Assembly (NCBI GenBank): GCA_964016885.1
Contig: OZ024741.1
Location: 261,578,001 to 261,642,000 of the forward strand
DNA length: 64,000 nt
Reading direction: 5' to 3'
Origin: Eledone cirrhosa
Lineage: Eukaryota
The position numbers and the translations under genes are program-made. The notes under the pieces were generated by a model. That model was not told the origin of the DNA. It did not search any database and saw nothing but the letters and a program-made list of their open reading frames with translations. How positions within the stretch are numbered: position 1 is the stretch's first letter; the number at the start of each line of letters is the position of its first letter. This document shows positions 12,601-27,390 of this stretch, piece after piece.

Positions 12601-15480
12601 CGGCTGACGAGAGTTTTGACATACGGGTGTTTCGACTTACGATGTTTCGGCTTACGAGTGTTTCGACTTACGAGTGTTCTGACTTACGAGTGTTCTGACT
12701 TATGAGTGTTCTGACTTACGAGTGTTCCGACTTACGAGTGTTTCGGCTTACGAGTGTTTCGGCTTACGAGTGTTTCGACTTACGAGTGTTTCGACTTACG
12801 AGTGTTTCGACTTACGAGTGTTTCGACTTACGAGTGCTTTGACTTACGAATGTTTTGACTTACTTCGACTTACGAGTGATCTGACTTACGAGTGTTCCTA
12901 CTTACGAGTGTTTCGACTTACGAGTGTTTCGACTTGCGAGTGTTTCGAGTTACGAGTGTTTTGAGATACGGTGTTTCGGCTTACGAGTGTTTCGACTTAC
13001 GAGTGTTTCGAGTTACGAGTGTTTTGACATACGGTGTTTCGGCTTACGAGTGTTTCGACATACGAGTGTTTTGACTCACGGGTGTTTCGACTTACGGGTG
13101 TTTCGACTTAAGAGTGTTTCGACTTACGAGCGCTTCGACTTACGAGTGTTCTGACTTACGAGTGTTCCGACTTACGAGTGTTTCTGCTTACGAGTGTTTC
13201 GACTTACGAGTGTTTCGACTTACGAGTGTTTCGGCGTACGAGTGTTTTGACTTACGAGTGTTTCGACTTACGAGTGTTTCGACTTACGAGTGCTTTGACT
13301 TACGAATGTTTTGACTTACTTCGACTTACGAGTGATCTGACTTACGAGTGTTCCTACTTACGAGTGTTTCGACTTACGAGTGTTTCGACTTGCGAGTGTT
13401 TCGACTTACGAGTGTTTCGACTTACGAGTGTTCTGACTTACGAGTGTTCTGACTTACGAGTGTTCCGACTTACGAGTGTTTCGGCTTACGAGTGTTTCGA
13501 CTTACGAGTGTTCCGTCTAACGCGTGTTTCGACTTACGAGTGTTTCGGCTTATGAGTGTTTCGACTTACGAGGGCTTCGGCTTACGAGTGTTTCGACTTA
13601 CGAGTGTTCTGACTTACGAGTGTTCTGACTTACGAATGTTCCGACTTACGAGTCTTTCGACTTACGAATGTTTTGGCTTACGAGTGTTTCGGCTTATGAG
13701 TGTTTCGACTTACGAGTGTTTCGACATACGAGTGTTTTGACTTACGGTTTTTTCGACTTACGGTTGTTTCGACTTAAGAGTGTTTCGACTAACGAGCGCT
13801 TCGACTTACGAGTGTTCTGACTTACGAGTGTTCCGACTTACGAGTGTTTCGGCTTACGAGTGTTTCGACTTACGAGTGTTCCGGCTTACGCGTGTTTCGA
13901 CTTACGAGTGTTTCGGCTTATGAGTGTTTCGACTTACGAGTGCTTCGGCTTACGAGTGTTTCGACTTACGAGTGTTTCGGCTTACGAGTGTTTCGACTTA
14001 CGAATGTTTTGGCTTACGAGTGTTTCGGCTTACGAGTGTTTCGACTTACGGGTGTTTCGACTTACGGGTGTTCCGACTTAAGAGTGATTCGACTTACGAG
14101 CGCTTCGACTTACGAGTGTTCCGACTTACGAGTGTTTCTGCTTACGAGTGTTTCGACTTACGAATGTTTCGACTTACGAGTGTTTCGGCTTACGAGTGTT
14201 TCGACTTACTAATGTTTTTACTTACGAGTGTTTCGGCGTACGAGTGTTTCGACTTACGAGTGTTTCGGCTTACGAGTGTTTCGACTTACGAGTGTTTTTA
14301 CTTAAGGGTGTTTCGACTTACGAGTATTTTTGGCTTACGAGTGTTTCGACTTACGAGTGTTTTGACTTACGAGTGTTCTGATTTACGAATGTTTCGACAT
14401 ACGAGTGTTTTGACATACGATGTTTCGACTTACGAGTGTTTCGACTTACGAGTGTTTCGACTTACGGGTGTTTCGACTTACGAGTGTTTCGACTTACGAA
14501 TGTTTCGACTTACGGGTGTTTCGGCTTACGAGTGTTTCGACTTACGAGTGTTCTGACTTACGAGTGTTCTGACTTACGAGTGTTCCGGCTTACGAGTTTT
14601 TCGACTTACGAGTGTTTCGACTTACGAGTGTTTCGACTTACGAGTGTTTCGGCTTACGAGTGGTTTGAATTACGAGTGTTCTGACTACGAGTGTTCTGAC
14701 TTACGAGTGTTTCGGTTTATGAGTGTTTCGACTTACGAGTGTTTCGGCTTACGAGTGTTTCGACTTACGAGTGTTTCGACTTACGGGTGTTTCGACTTAC
14801 GAGTGTTTCGTCTACGAGTGTTTCGACTTACGAGTGTTTCGGCTTACGAGTGTTTCGACATACGGGTGTTTCGACTTACGGTGTTTCGGCTTACGAGTGT
14901 TTCGACTTACGAGTGTTTTGACTTACGAGTGTTCTGACTTACGAGTGTTCCGACTTACGAGTGTTCCGACTTACGAGTGTTTCGGCTTACGAGTGTTTCG
15001 GCTTACGAGTGTTTCGGCTTACGAGTGTTTTGACTTACGAGTGTTCTGACTACGAGTGTTCTGACTTACGGGTGTTCTGACTTACGATGTTCCGACTTAC
15101 GAGTGTTTCGGCTAATGAGTGTTTCGACTTACGGGCGTTTCGACTTACGGGTGTTTCGAATTACGAGTGTTTTGACTTACGAGTGTTCTGACTTACGAGT
15201 GTTCTGACTTACGAGTGTTCCGACTTACGACTGTTTCGACTTACGAGTGTTTTGACTTACGAGTGTTCCGACTTACGAGTGTTTCGGCTTACGGGTGTTT
15301 CGACGTACGAGTATTTTTGGCTTACGAGTGTTTCGAGTTACGAGTGTTTTGAATTACGATTGTTTCGGCTTACGAGTGTTTCGACTTACGAGTATTTCGA
15401 CTTACGAGTTTTTTTACTTACGGTGTTTCGGCTTACGAGTGTTTCGACTTACGAGTGTTTCGACTTACGAATGTTTTGGC
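9660..15480 (+). repeat. Diverged higher-order copy of ~240-7580 that lacks the 1.8-kb duplication
   Basis: Offsets are 9,423-9,471 for the first part (316/9739, 1596/11051, 2997/12468), then about 7,870-7,930 (5247/13114, 5913/13844, 7353/15252). Confidence 0.75.
10374..10442 (+). repeat. 69-bp AT-rich insert, copy 2
   Basis: Same sequence and insertion point as copy 1. Confidence 0.95.
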
Positions 15481-17047
15481 TTACGAGTGTTTCGACATAC
15501 GAGTGTTCTGACTACGAGTGTTCTGACTTACGGGTGCTCTGACTTACGAGTGTTTCGACTTACGAGTGTTTCGACTTACGAGTGTTTCGACTTACGAGTG
15601 TTTCGGCTTACGAGTGTTTCGACTTACTAATGTTTTTACTTACGAGTGTTTCGGTGTACGAGTGTTTCGACTTAAGGATGTTTCGACTTACGAGTGTTTC
15701 GACTTACGTGTGTTTCGGCTTACGTGAGTTTCGACTTAAGAGTGTTCTGATTTACGAGTGTTCTGACTTACGAGTGTTTCGGCTTATGAGTGTTTCGACT
15801 TACGAGTGTTTCGGCTTACGAGTGTTTCGACTTATGGGCGTTTCGACTTACGAGTGTTTTTACTTACGGTGTTTCGGCTTACGAGTGCTTCGACATACGA
15901 GTGTTTTGACTTACGTGTGTTTCGACTTACGAGTGTTTTGACTTACGAATGTTTTGACTTACGAGTGTTTCGGCGTACGAGAGTTTTGACTTACGAGTGT
16001 TTCTACTTACGAGTGTTTCGACTTACGAGTGTTTTGACTTACGAATGTTTTGACTTACGGGTGTTTCGGCTTACGAGTGTTTCGACTTACGAGTCTTTCG
16101 GCTTACGAGTGTTTCGACTTACTAATGTTTTTACTTACGAGTGTTTCGGCGTACGAGTGTTTCGACTTACGAGTGTTTTTATTTAAGGGTGTTTCGACTT
16201 ACGAGTATTTTTGGCTTACGAGTGTTTCGACTTACGAGTGTTTTGACTTACGAGTGTTCTGATTTACGGATGTTTCGACATACGAGTGTTTTGACTTTCC
16301 ATGTTTCGACTTACGAGTGTTTCGACTTACGGGTGTTTCGACTTACGAGTGTTTCAACTTACGAGTGTTTCGACTTACGAATGTTTCGACTTACAGGTGT
16401 TTCGGCTTACGAGTGTTTCGACTTACGAGTGTTCTGACTTACGAGTGTTCTGACTTACGAGTGTTCCGGCTTACGAGTGTTCTGACTTAAGAGTGTTCCG
16501 ACTTACGAGTGTTTCGACTTACGAGTGTTTCGGCTTACGAGTGTTTCGACTTACGAGTGTTTCGACTTACGAGTGTTTCGGCTTACGAGTGGTTTGACTT
16601 ACGAGTGTTCTGACTACGAGTGTTCTGACTTACGAGTGTTTCGGCTTATGAGTGTTTCGACTTACGAGTGTTTCGGTTTATGAGTGTTTCGACTTAAGAG
16701 TGTTTCGGCTTACGAGTGTTTCGACTTACGAGTGTTTCGACTTACGTGTGTTTCGACTTACGAGTGTTTCGTCTACGAGTGTTTCGGCTTACGAGTGTTT
16801 CGACTTACGAGTGTTCTGACTTACGAGTGTTCTGACTTATGAGTGTTCTGACTTAAGAGTGTTCCGACTTACGAGTGTTTCGGCTTACGAGTGTTTCGGC
16901 TTACGAGTGTTTCGACTTACGAGTGTTTCGACTTATGAGTGTTTTGACTTACGGTGTTTCGGCTTACGAGTGTTTCGACTTACGAGTGTTTTGACTTACT
17001 GGTGTTTTGACATACGAGTGTTTCGATACGAGTGTTTCGACTTACGA

Positions 17048-17116
17048 AAATAACAAATAGACGCGGTTTCAAATTTCTATGCTTTTCAAATTCAGTACAT
17101 TAATCTTTATTTATAC
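17048..17116 (+). repeat. 69-bp AT-rich insert, copy 3
   Basis: Same sequence with one C>T variant. Confidence 0.95.
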
Positions 17117-19773
17117 GTTTCGCTTTACGAGTGTTTCGACTGACGAGTGTTTCGACTTACGAGTGTTTCGGCTTACGAGTGTTTTGACTTACATGTGTTT
17201 CGACTTACGCGTGTTTCGACTTACGAGTGTTTCGACTTGCGAGTGTTTCGACTACGGGTGTTTCGACTTTCGAATGTTTTGACTTACGGATGTTTTGACT
17301 TACGGGTGTTTCGGCTTACGAGTGTTTCGACTTACGAGTGTTCTGACTTACGAGTGTTCTGACTTACGAGTGTTCTGACTTACGATTGTTCCCACTTACG
17401 AGTGTTTCGACTTAAGAGTGTTTCGGATTACGAGTGCTTCGACTTACGAGTGTTTCGGCTAACGAGTGTTTCGACTTACGAGTATTCTGACTACGAGTGT
17501 TCTGACTTACGGGTGTTCTGACTTACGAGTGTTTCGACTTACGAGTGTTTCGGCTTTCGAGTGTTTCGACTTACGAGTGTTTCGGGTTACGAGTGTTTCG
17601 ACTTACGAATATTTTCGCTTACGAGTGTTTCCGCTTACGAGTGTTTCGACTTACGAGTGTTTCGACTTACGAGTGTTTTGACTTACGGTTTTTCGGCTTG
17701 CGAGTGTTTCGACATACGAGTGTTTTGACTTACGGATGTTTCAACTTACGGGTGTTTCGACTTACGAGTGTTTCGACTTACGAGTGTTCTGACTACGAGT
17801 GTTCTGACTTACGGGTGCTCTGACTTACGAGTGTTTCGACTTACGAGTGTTTCAACTTACGAGTGTTTCGGCTTACGAGTGTTTCGACTTACGAGTGTTT
17901 TGACTTACGAATGTTTGCCTTACGGGTGTTCCCGTTTACGAGTGTTTCGACTTACGAGTATTCTGACTTACGAGTGTTCCGACTTACGGGTGTTTCGACT
18001 TACGAGTGTTTCGACTTACGAGTGTTCCGACCTATGAGGGTTTCGGCTTACTGGTGTTCCGACTTACGAGTATTTTCGGCTGACGAGTGTTTCGAGTTAC
18101 GAGTGTTTTGACTTACGATTGTTTCGGCTTACGAGTGTTTCGGCTTACGAGTGTTTTGATTTACGAGTGTTTTGACTTACGGGTGTTTCGACTCACGCGT
18201 GTTTCGACTTACGAGTGTTTCGACTTACGAGTGTTTCGGCTTATGAGTGTTTCGAATTACGAGTGTTTTGACTTACGGGTGTTTTGACATACGAGTGTTT
18301 CGGTACGAGTGTTCTGACTTACGAGTGTTCTGACTTACGAGTGTTCTGACTTACGAGTGTTCTGACTAACGGGTGTTCTGATTTACGAGTGTTCCGACTT
18401 ACGAGTGTTTCGGCTTACGAGTGTTTCGGCTTACGAGTATTTCGGCTTACGAGTGTTTCAACTTACGAGTGTTCTGACTACGAGTGTTCTGACTTACGGG
18501 TGTTCTGACTTACGAGTGTTCCGACTTACGAGTGTTTCGGCTAATGAGTGTTTCGACTTACGGGCGTTTCGACTTACGGGTGTTTTTACTTACGGTGTTT
18601 CGGCTTACGAGTGCTTCGACATACGAGTGTTTTGACTTACGTGTGTTTCGACTTACGAGTGTTTTGACTTACGAATGTTTTGACTTACGAGTGTTTCGGC
18701 GTACGAGAGTTTTGACTTACGAGTGTTTCTACTTACGAGTGTTTCGACTTACGAGTGTTTTGACTTACGAATGTTTTGACTTACGGGTGTTTCGGCTTAC
18801 GAGTGTTTCGACTTACGAGTCTTTCGGCTTACGAGTGTTTCGACTTACTAATGTTTTTACTTACGAGTGTTTCGGCGTACGAGTGTTTCGACTTACGAGT
18901 GTTTTTACTTAAGGGTGTTTCGACTTACGAGTATTTTTGGCTTACGAGTGTTTCGACTTACGAGTGTTTTGACTTACGAGTGTTCTGATTTACGGATGTT
19001 TCGACATACGAGTGTTTTGACTTTCCATGTTTCGACTTACGAGTGTTTCGACTTACGGGTGTTTCGACTTACGAGTGTTTCAACTTACGAGTGTTTCGAC
19101 TTACGAATGTTTCGACTTACAGGTGTTTCGGCTTACGAGTGTTTCGACTTACGAGTGTTCTGACTTACGAGTGTTCTGACTTACGAGTGTTCCGGCTTAC
19201 GAGTGTTCTGACTTAAGAGTGTTCCGACTTACGAGTGTTTCGACTTACGAGTGTTTCGGCTTACGAGTGTTTCGACTTACGAGTGTTTCGACTTACGAGT
19301 GTTTCGGCTTACGAGTGGTTTGACTTACGAGTGTTCTGACTACGAGTGTTCTGACTTACGAGTGTTTCGGCTTATGAGTGTTTCGACTTACGAGTGTTTC
19401 GGTTTATGAGTGTTTCGACTTAAGAGTGTTTCGGCTTACGAGTGTTTCGACTTACGAGTGTTTCGACTTACGTGTGTTTCGACTTACGAGTGTTTCGTCT
19501 ACGAGTGTTTCGGCTTACGAGTGTTTCGACTTACGAGTGTTCTGACTTACGAGTGTTCTGACTTATGAGTGTTCTGACTTAAGAGTGTTCCGACTTACGA
19601 GTGTTTCGGCTTACGAGTGTTTCGGCTTACGAGTGTTTCGACTTACGAGTGTTTCGACTTATGAGTGTTTTGACTTACGGTGTTTCGGCTTACGAGTGTT
19701 TCGACTTACGAGTGTTTTGACTTACTGGTGTTTTGACATACGAGTGTTTCGATACGAGTGTTTCGACTTACGA

Positions 19774-19842
19774 AAATAACAAATAGACGCGGTTTCAAAT
19801 TTCTATGCTTTTCAAATTCAGTACATTAATCTTTATTTATAC
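19774..19842 (+). repeat. 69-bp AT-rich insert, copy 4
   Basis: Carries the same C>T variant as copy 3. Confidence 0.95.
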
Positions 19843-22800
19843 GTTTCGCTTTACGAGTGTTTCGACTGACGAGTGTTTCGACTTACGAGTGTTTCGGCTT
19901 ACGAGTGTTTTGACTTACATGTGTTTCGACTTACGCGTGTTTCGACTTACGAGTGTTTCGACTTGCGAGTGTTTCGACTACGGGTGTTTCGACTTTCGAA
20001 TGTTTTGACTTACGGATGTTTTGACTTACGGGTGTTTCGGCTTACGAGTGTTTCGACTTACGAGTGTTCTGACTTACGAGTGTTCTGACTTACGAGTGTT
20101 CTGACTTACGATTGTTCCCACTTACGAGTGTTTCGACTTAAGAGTGTTTCGGATTACGAGTGCTTCGACTTACGAGTGTTTCGGCTAACGAGTGTTTCGA
20201 CTTACGAGTATTCTGACTACGAGTGTTCTGACTTACGGGTGTTCTGACTTACGAGTGTTTCGACTTACGAGTGTTTCGGCTTTCGAGTGTTTCGACTTAC
20301 GAGTGTTTCGGGTTACGAGTGTTTCGACTTACGAATATTTTCGCTTACGAGTGTTTCCGCTTACGAGTGTTTCGACTTACGAGTGTTTCGACTTACGAGT
20401 GTTTTGACTTACGGTTTTTCGGCTTGCGAGTGTTTCGACATACGAGTGTTTTGACTTACGGATGTTTCAACTTACGGGTGTTTCGACTTACGAGTGTTTC
20501 GACTTACGAGTGTTCTGACTACGAGTGTTCTGACTTACGGGTGCTCTGACTTACGAGTGTTTCGACTTACGAGTGTTTCAACTTACGAGTGTTTCGGCTT
20601 ACGAGTGTTTCGACTTACGAGTGTTTTGACTTACGAATGTTTGCCTTACGGGTGTTCCCGTTTACGAGTGTTTCGACTTACGAGTATTCTGACTTACGAG
20701 TGTTCCGACTTACGGGTGTTTCGACTTACGAGTGTTTCGACTTACGAGTGTTCCGACCTATGAGGGTTTCGGCTTACTGGTGTTCCGACTTACGAGTATT
20801 TTCGGCTGACGAGTGTTTCGAGTTACGAGTGTTTTGACTTACGATTGTTTCGGCTTACGAGTGTTTCGGCTTACGAGTGTTTTGATTTACGAGTGTTTTG
20901 ACTTACGGGTGTTTCGACTCACGCGTGTTTCGACTTACGAGTGTTTCGACTTACGAGTGTTTCGGCTTATGAGTGTTTCGAATTACGAGTGTTTTGACTT
21001 ACGGGTGTTTTGACATACGAGTGTTTCGGTACGAGTGTTCTGACTTACGAGTGTTCTGACTTACGAGTGTTCTGACTTACGAGTGTTCTGACTAACGGGT
21101 GTTCTGATTTACGAGTGTTCCGACTTACGAGTGTTTCGGCTTACGAGTGTTTCGGCTTACGAGTATTTCGGCTTACGAGTGTTTCAACTTACGAGTGTTC
21201 TGACTACGAGTGTTCTGACTTACGGGTGTTCTGACTTACGAGTGTTCCGACTTACGAGTGTTTCGGCTAATGAGTGTTTCGACTTACGGGCGTTTCGACT
21301 TACGGGTGTTTCGACTTACGAGTGTTTTGACTTACGAGTGTTCTGACTTACGAGTGTTCTGACTTACGAGAGTTCCGACTTACGACTGTTTCGACTTACG
21401 AGTGTTTTGACTTACGAGTGTTCCGACTTACGAGTGTTTCGGCTTACGGGTGTTTCGACGTACGAGTATTTTTGGCTTACGAGTGTTTCTACTTACGAGT
21501 GTTTTGAATTACGATTGTTTCGGCTTACGAGTGTTTCGACTTACGAGTATTTCGACTTACGAGTTTTTTTACTTACGGTGTTTCGGCTTACGAGTGTTTC
21601 GACTTATGAGTGTTCTGATTTACGGATGTTTCGACATACGAGTGTTTTGACTTACGGTGTTTCGACTTACAAGTGTTTCGGCTTACGAGTGGTTTGACTT
21701 ACGAGTGTTCTGACTACGAGTGTTCTGTCTTACGAGTGTTTCGACTTACGAGTGTTTCGGCTTATGAGTGAGTCGACTTACGAGTGTTTCGGCTTACGAG
21801 TGTTTCGACTTACGAGTGTTTCGACTTACGGGTGTTTCGACTTAGGAGTGTTTCGACTACGAGTGTTTCGACTTACGAGTGTTTCGGCTTACGAGTGTTT
21901 CGACTTATGGGTGTTTCGACTTACGAGTGTTTTTACTTACGGTGTTTCGGCTTACGAGTGTTTCGACATACGAGTATTTTGACTTACGGGTGTTTCGACT
22001 TACGAGTGTTTCGACTTACGAATGTTTTGATTTACGGGTGTTTCGGCTTACGAGTGTTTCGATTTATGAGTGTTTCGGCTTACGAGTGTTTCGACTTACT
22101 AATGTTTTTACTTACGAGTGTTTCGGCGTACGAGAGTTTTGACTTACGAGTGTTTCTACTTACGAGTTTTTCGACTTACGAGTGTTTTGACTTACGAATG
22201 TTTTGAGTTACGGGTGTTTCGGCTTACGAGTGTTTCGACTTACGAGTCTTTCGGCTTACGAGTGTTTCGACTTACTAATGTTTTTACTTACGAGTGTTTC
22301 GGCGTACGAGTGTTTCGACTTACGAGTGTTTCGACTTACGGGTGTTTTGACTTACGGGTGTTTCGGCTTACGTGAGTTTCGACTTAAGGGTGTTCTGATT
22401 TACGAGTGTTCTGACTTGCGGGTGTTCTGATTTACGAGTGTTCCGACTTACGAGTGTTTCGGCTTATGAGTGTTTCGACTTACGAGTGTTTCGGCTTACG
22501 AGTGTTTCGACTTATGGGCGTTTCGACTTACGAGAGTTTTTACTTAGGGTGTTTCGGCTTACGAGTGCTTCGACATACGAGTGTTTTGACTTACGTGTGT
22601 TTCGACTTACGAGTGTTTTGACTGACGAATGTTTTGACTTACGAGTGTTTCGGCGTACGAGAGTTTTGACTTACGAGTGTTTCTACTTACGAGTGTTTCG
22701 ACTTACGAGTGTTTTGACTTACGAATGTTTTGACTTACGGGTGTTTCGGCTTACGAGTGTTTCGACTTACGAGTCTTTCGGCTTACGAGTGTTTCGACTT

Positions 22801-25800
22801 ACTAATGTTTTTACTTACGAGTGTTTCGGCGTACGAGTGTTTCGACTTACGAGTGTTTCGGCTTACGAGTGTTTCGACTTATTAATGTTTTTACTTACGA
22901 GTGTTTCGGCGTACGAGTGTTTCTACTTACGAGTGTTTTTACTTAACGGTGTTTCGACTTACGAGTATTTTTAGCTTACGAGTGTTTCGACTTACGAGTG
23001 TTTCGACTTACGAGTGTTCTGACTTACGAGTGTTCTGACTTACGAGTGTTCCGGCCTACGAGTTTTTCGACTTACGAGTGTTTCGACTTACGAGTGTTTC
23101 GGCTTACGAGTGGTTTGACTTACAAGTGTTCTGACTACGAGTGTTCTGACTTACGAGCGTTTCGGCTTATGAGTGTTTCGACTTACGAGTGTTTCGGTTT
23201 ATGAGTGTTTCGACTTACGAGTGTTTCGACTTACGGGTGTTTCGACTTACGAGTGTTTCGTCTACGAGTGTTTCGGCTTACGAGTGTTTCGACATACGGG
23301 TGTTTCGACTTACGGTGTTTCGGCTTACGAGTGTTTCGACTTACGAGTGTTCTGACTTCCGAGTGTTCTGACATATGAGTGTTCTGACTTACGAGTGTTC
23401 CGACTTACGGGTGTTTCGACTTACGAGTGTTTCGACTTACGAGTGTTCCGACCTATGAGGGTTTCGGCTTACTGGTGTTCCGACTTACGAGTATTTTCGG
23501 CTGACGAGTGTTTCGAGTTACGAGTGTTTTGACTTACGATTGTTTCGGCTTACGAGTGTTTCGGCTTACGAGTGTTTTGATTTACGAGTGTTTTGACTTA
23601 CGGGTGTTTCGACTTACGCGTGTTTCGACTTACGAGTGTTTCGACTTACGAGTGTTTCGGCTTATGAGTGTTTCGAATTACGAGTGTTTTGACTTACGGG
23701 TGTTTTGACATACGAGTGTTTCGGTACGAGTGTTCTGACTTACGAGTGTTCTGACTTACGAGTGTTCTGACTTACGAGTGTTCTGACTAACGAGTGTTCT
23801 GACTTACGAGTGTTCCGACTTACGAGTGTTTCGGCTATGAGTGTTTTGACTTACGGGTGTTTCGACTTACGGGTGTTTCGACTTACGAGTGTTTCGACTT
23901 ACGTGGGTTTCCGCTTACGAGTGTTTCGGCTTACGAGTGTTTCGAATTACGAGTGTTTTGGCTTACGAATGTTCTTACGGGTGTTTCGTTGTACGAGTGT
24001 TTCGACTTAAGGATGTTTCGACTTACGAGTGTTTCGACTTACGAGTGTTTCGACTTACGAGTGTTTCGACTTACGAGTGTTTTGGCTTACGAATGTTTTG
24101 ACTTACGGGTGTTTCGACTTACGGGTGTTTCGGCTTACGAGTGTTTCGACTTACGAGTGTTTTGACTTACGAGTGTTCTGACTTACGAGTGTTCTGACTT
24201 ACGAGTGTTCCGACTTACGAGTGTTCCGACTTACGAGTGTTTCGGCTTACGAGTGTTTCGGCTTACGAGTGTTTCGGCTTACGAGTGTTTTGACTTACGA
24301 GTGTTCTGACTACGAGTGTTCTGACTTACGGGTGTTCTGACTTACGAGTGTTCCGACTTACGAGTGTTTCGGCTAATGAGTGTTTCGACTTACGGGCGTT
24401 TCGACTTACGGGTGTTTCGACTTACGAGTGTTTTGACTTACGAGTGTTCTGACTTACTAGTGTTCTGACTTACGAGAGTTCCGACTTACGACTGTTTCGA
24501 CTTACGAGTGTTTTGACTTACGAGTGTTCCGACTTACGAGTGTTTCGGCTTACGGGTGTTTCGACGTACGAGTATTTTTGGCTTACGAGTGTTTCTACTT
24601 ACGAGTGTTTTGAATTACGTTTGTTTCGGCTTACGAGTGTTTCGACTTACGAGTATTTCGACTTACGAGTTTTTTTACTTACGGTGTTTCGGCTTACGAG
24701 TGTTTCGACTTATGAGTGTTCTGATTTACGGATGTTTCGACATACGAGTGTTTTGACTTACGGTCTTTCGACTTACGAGTGTTTCGACTTACGAGTGTTT
24801 CGACTTACGGGTGTTTCGACTTACGAGTGTTTCGACTTACGAGTGTTTCGACTTACGGGTGTTTCGGCTTACGAGTGTTTCGACTTACGAGTGTTCTGAC
24901 TTACGAGTGTTCTGACTTACGAGTGTTTCGACTTACGAGTGCTTCGACTTACGAGTGTTTCGGCTTACAAGTGTTTCGGCTTACGAGTGGTTTGACTTAC
25001 GAGTGTTCTGACTACGAATGTTCTGTCTTACGAGTGTTTCGACTTACGAGTGTTTCGGCTTATGAGTGTTTCAACTTACGAGTGTTTCGGCTTACGAGTG
25101 TTTCGACTTACGAGTGTTTCGACTTACGGGTGTTTCGACTTAGGAGTGTTTCGACTACGAGTGTTTCGACTTACGAGTGTTTCGGCTTACGTGTGGTTCT
25201 ACTCATGGGTGTTTCGACTTACGAGTGTTTTTACTTACGGTGTTTCGGCTTACGAGTGTTTCGACATACGAGTGTTTTGACTTACGGGTGTTTCGACTTA
25301 CGAGTGTTTCGACTTACGAATGTTTTGACTTACGGGTGTTTCGGCTTACGAGTGTTTCGATTTATGAGTGTTTCGGCTTACGAGTGTTTCGACTTACTAA
25401 TGTTTTTACTTACGAGTGTTTCGGCGTACGAGAGTTTTGACTTACGAGTGTTTCTACTTACGAGTGTTTCGACTTACGAGTGTTTTGACTTACGAATGTT
25501 TTGACTTACGGGTGTTTCGGCTTACGAGTGTTTCGACTTACGAGTCTTTCGGCTTACGAGTGTTTCGACTTACTAATGTTTTTACTTACGAGTGTTTCCG
25601 CGTACGAGTGTTTCGACTTACGAGTGTTTCGACTTACGGGTGTTTTGACTTACGGGTGTTTCGGCTTACGAGTGTTTCGACTTACGAGTGTTTTGACTTA
25701 AGGGTGTTTCGACTTACGAGTATTTTTGGCTTACGAGAGTTTCGACTTACGAGTGTTTTGTCTTACGAGTGTTCTAATTTACGGATGTTTCGACATAGGA

Positions 25801-27390
25801 GTGTTTTGACTTACGAGTGTTTCGACTTACGAGTGTTTCGACTTACGAGTGTTTCGGCTTACGAATGGTTTGACTTACGAATGTTCTGACTACGAGTGTT
25901 TTGACTTAGGAGTGTTTCGGCTTATGAGTGTTTCGACTTACGAGTGTTTCAGCTTATGAGTGTTTCGACTTACGAGTGTTTCGGTTTACGAGTGTTTCGA
26001 CTTACGAGTGTTTCGACTTACGGGTGTTTCGACTTACGAGTGTTTCGACTACGAGTGTTTCGACTTACGAGTGTTTCGGCTTACGAGTGTTTCGACATAC
26101 GGGTGTTTCGACTTACGATGTTTCGGCTTACGAGTGTTTCGACTTACGAGTGTTCTGACTTACGAGTGTTCTGACTTATGAGTGTTCTGACTTACGAGTG
26201 TTCCAACTTACGAGTGTTTCGGCTTACGAGTGTTTCGGCTTACGAGTGTTTCGACTTACGAGTGTTTCGACTTACGAGTGTTTCGAATTACGAGTGTTTC
26301 GACTTACGAGTGTTTTGACATACGGTGTTTCGGCTTACGAGTGTTTCGACATACGAGTGTTTTGACTTACGGGTGTTTCGACTTACGGGTGTTCCGGCTT
26401 ACGCGTCTTTCGACTTACGAGTGTTTCGGCTTATGAGTGTTTCGACTTACGAGTGCTTCGGCTTACGAGTGTTTCGACTTACGAGTGTTCTGACTTACGA
26501 CTGTTCTGAGTTACGAATGTTCCGACTTACGAGTCTTTCGACTTACGAATGTTTTGGCTTACGAGTGTTTCGGCTTATGAGTGTTTCGACTTACGAGTGT
26601 TTCGACATACGAGTGTTTTGACTTACGGGTGTTTCGACTTACGGGTGTTTCGACTTAAGAGTGTTTCGACTTACGAGCGCTTCGACTTACGAGTGTTCTG
26701 ACTTACGAGTGTTCCGACTTACGAGTGTTTCGGCTTACGAGTGTTTCGACTTACGAGTGTTCCGGCTTACGCGTGTTTCGACTTACGAGTGTTTCGGCTT
26801 ATGAGTGTTTCGTCTTACGAGTGCTTCGGCTTACGAGTGTTTCGACTTACGAGTGTTTCGGCTTACGAGTGTTTCGACTTACGAATGTTTTGGCTTACGA
26901 GTGTTTCGGCTTACGAGTGTTTCGACTTACGGGTGTTTCGACTTACGGGTGTTCCGTCTTAAGAGTGATTCGACTTACGAGCGCTTCGACTTACGAGTGT
27001 TCCGACTTACGAGTGTTTCTGCTTACGAGTGTTTCGACTTACGAATGTTTCGACTTACGAGTGTTTTGACTTACGGTTGTTTCGGCTTACGACTGTTTCG
27101 ACTTACGAGTGTTTCGGCTTACGAATGTTTTGACTTACGAGTATTTCGGCTTACAAGTGTTTCGACTTACGACTGTTTTGACTTACGGTTGTTTCGGCTT
27201 ACGACTGTTTCGACTTACGAGTGTTTCGGCTTACGAGTGTTTCGGCTTACGAGTGTTTCGACTTACGAGTGTTTGGGCTTACGAGTGTTTCAGTGTTTCG
27301 GCTTACGTGTGTTTCGACTTACGAGTGTTTCGATTTACGAGTGTTTCGGCTTACGAGTGTTTTGGCTTACGAGTGTTTCGGCTTATTATA

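Larger units (their letters stand above)
15855..21306 (+). repeat. 2,726-bp near-perfect tandem duplication (2 copies)
   Basis: ORF pairs sit at a constant offset of 2,726 (16050/18776, 17079/19805, 18087/20813). Both 69-bp inserts share the private variant AAATTTCTAT. Confidence 0.93.
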
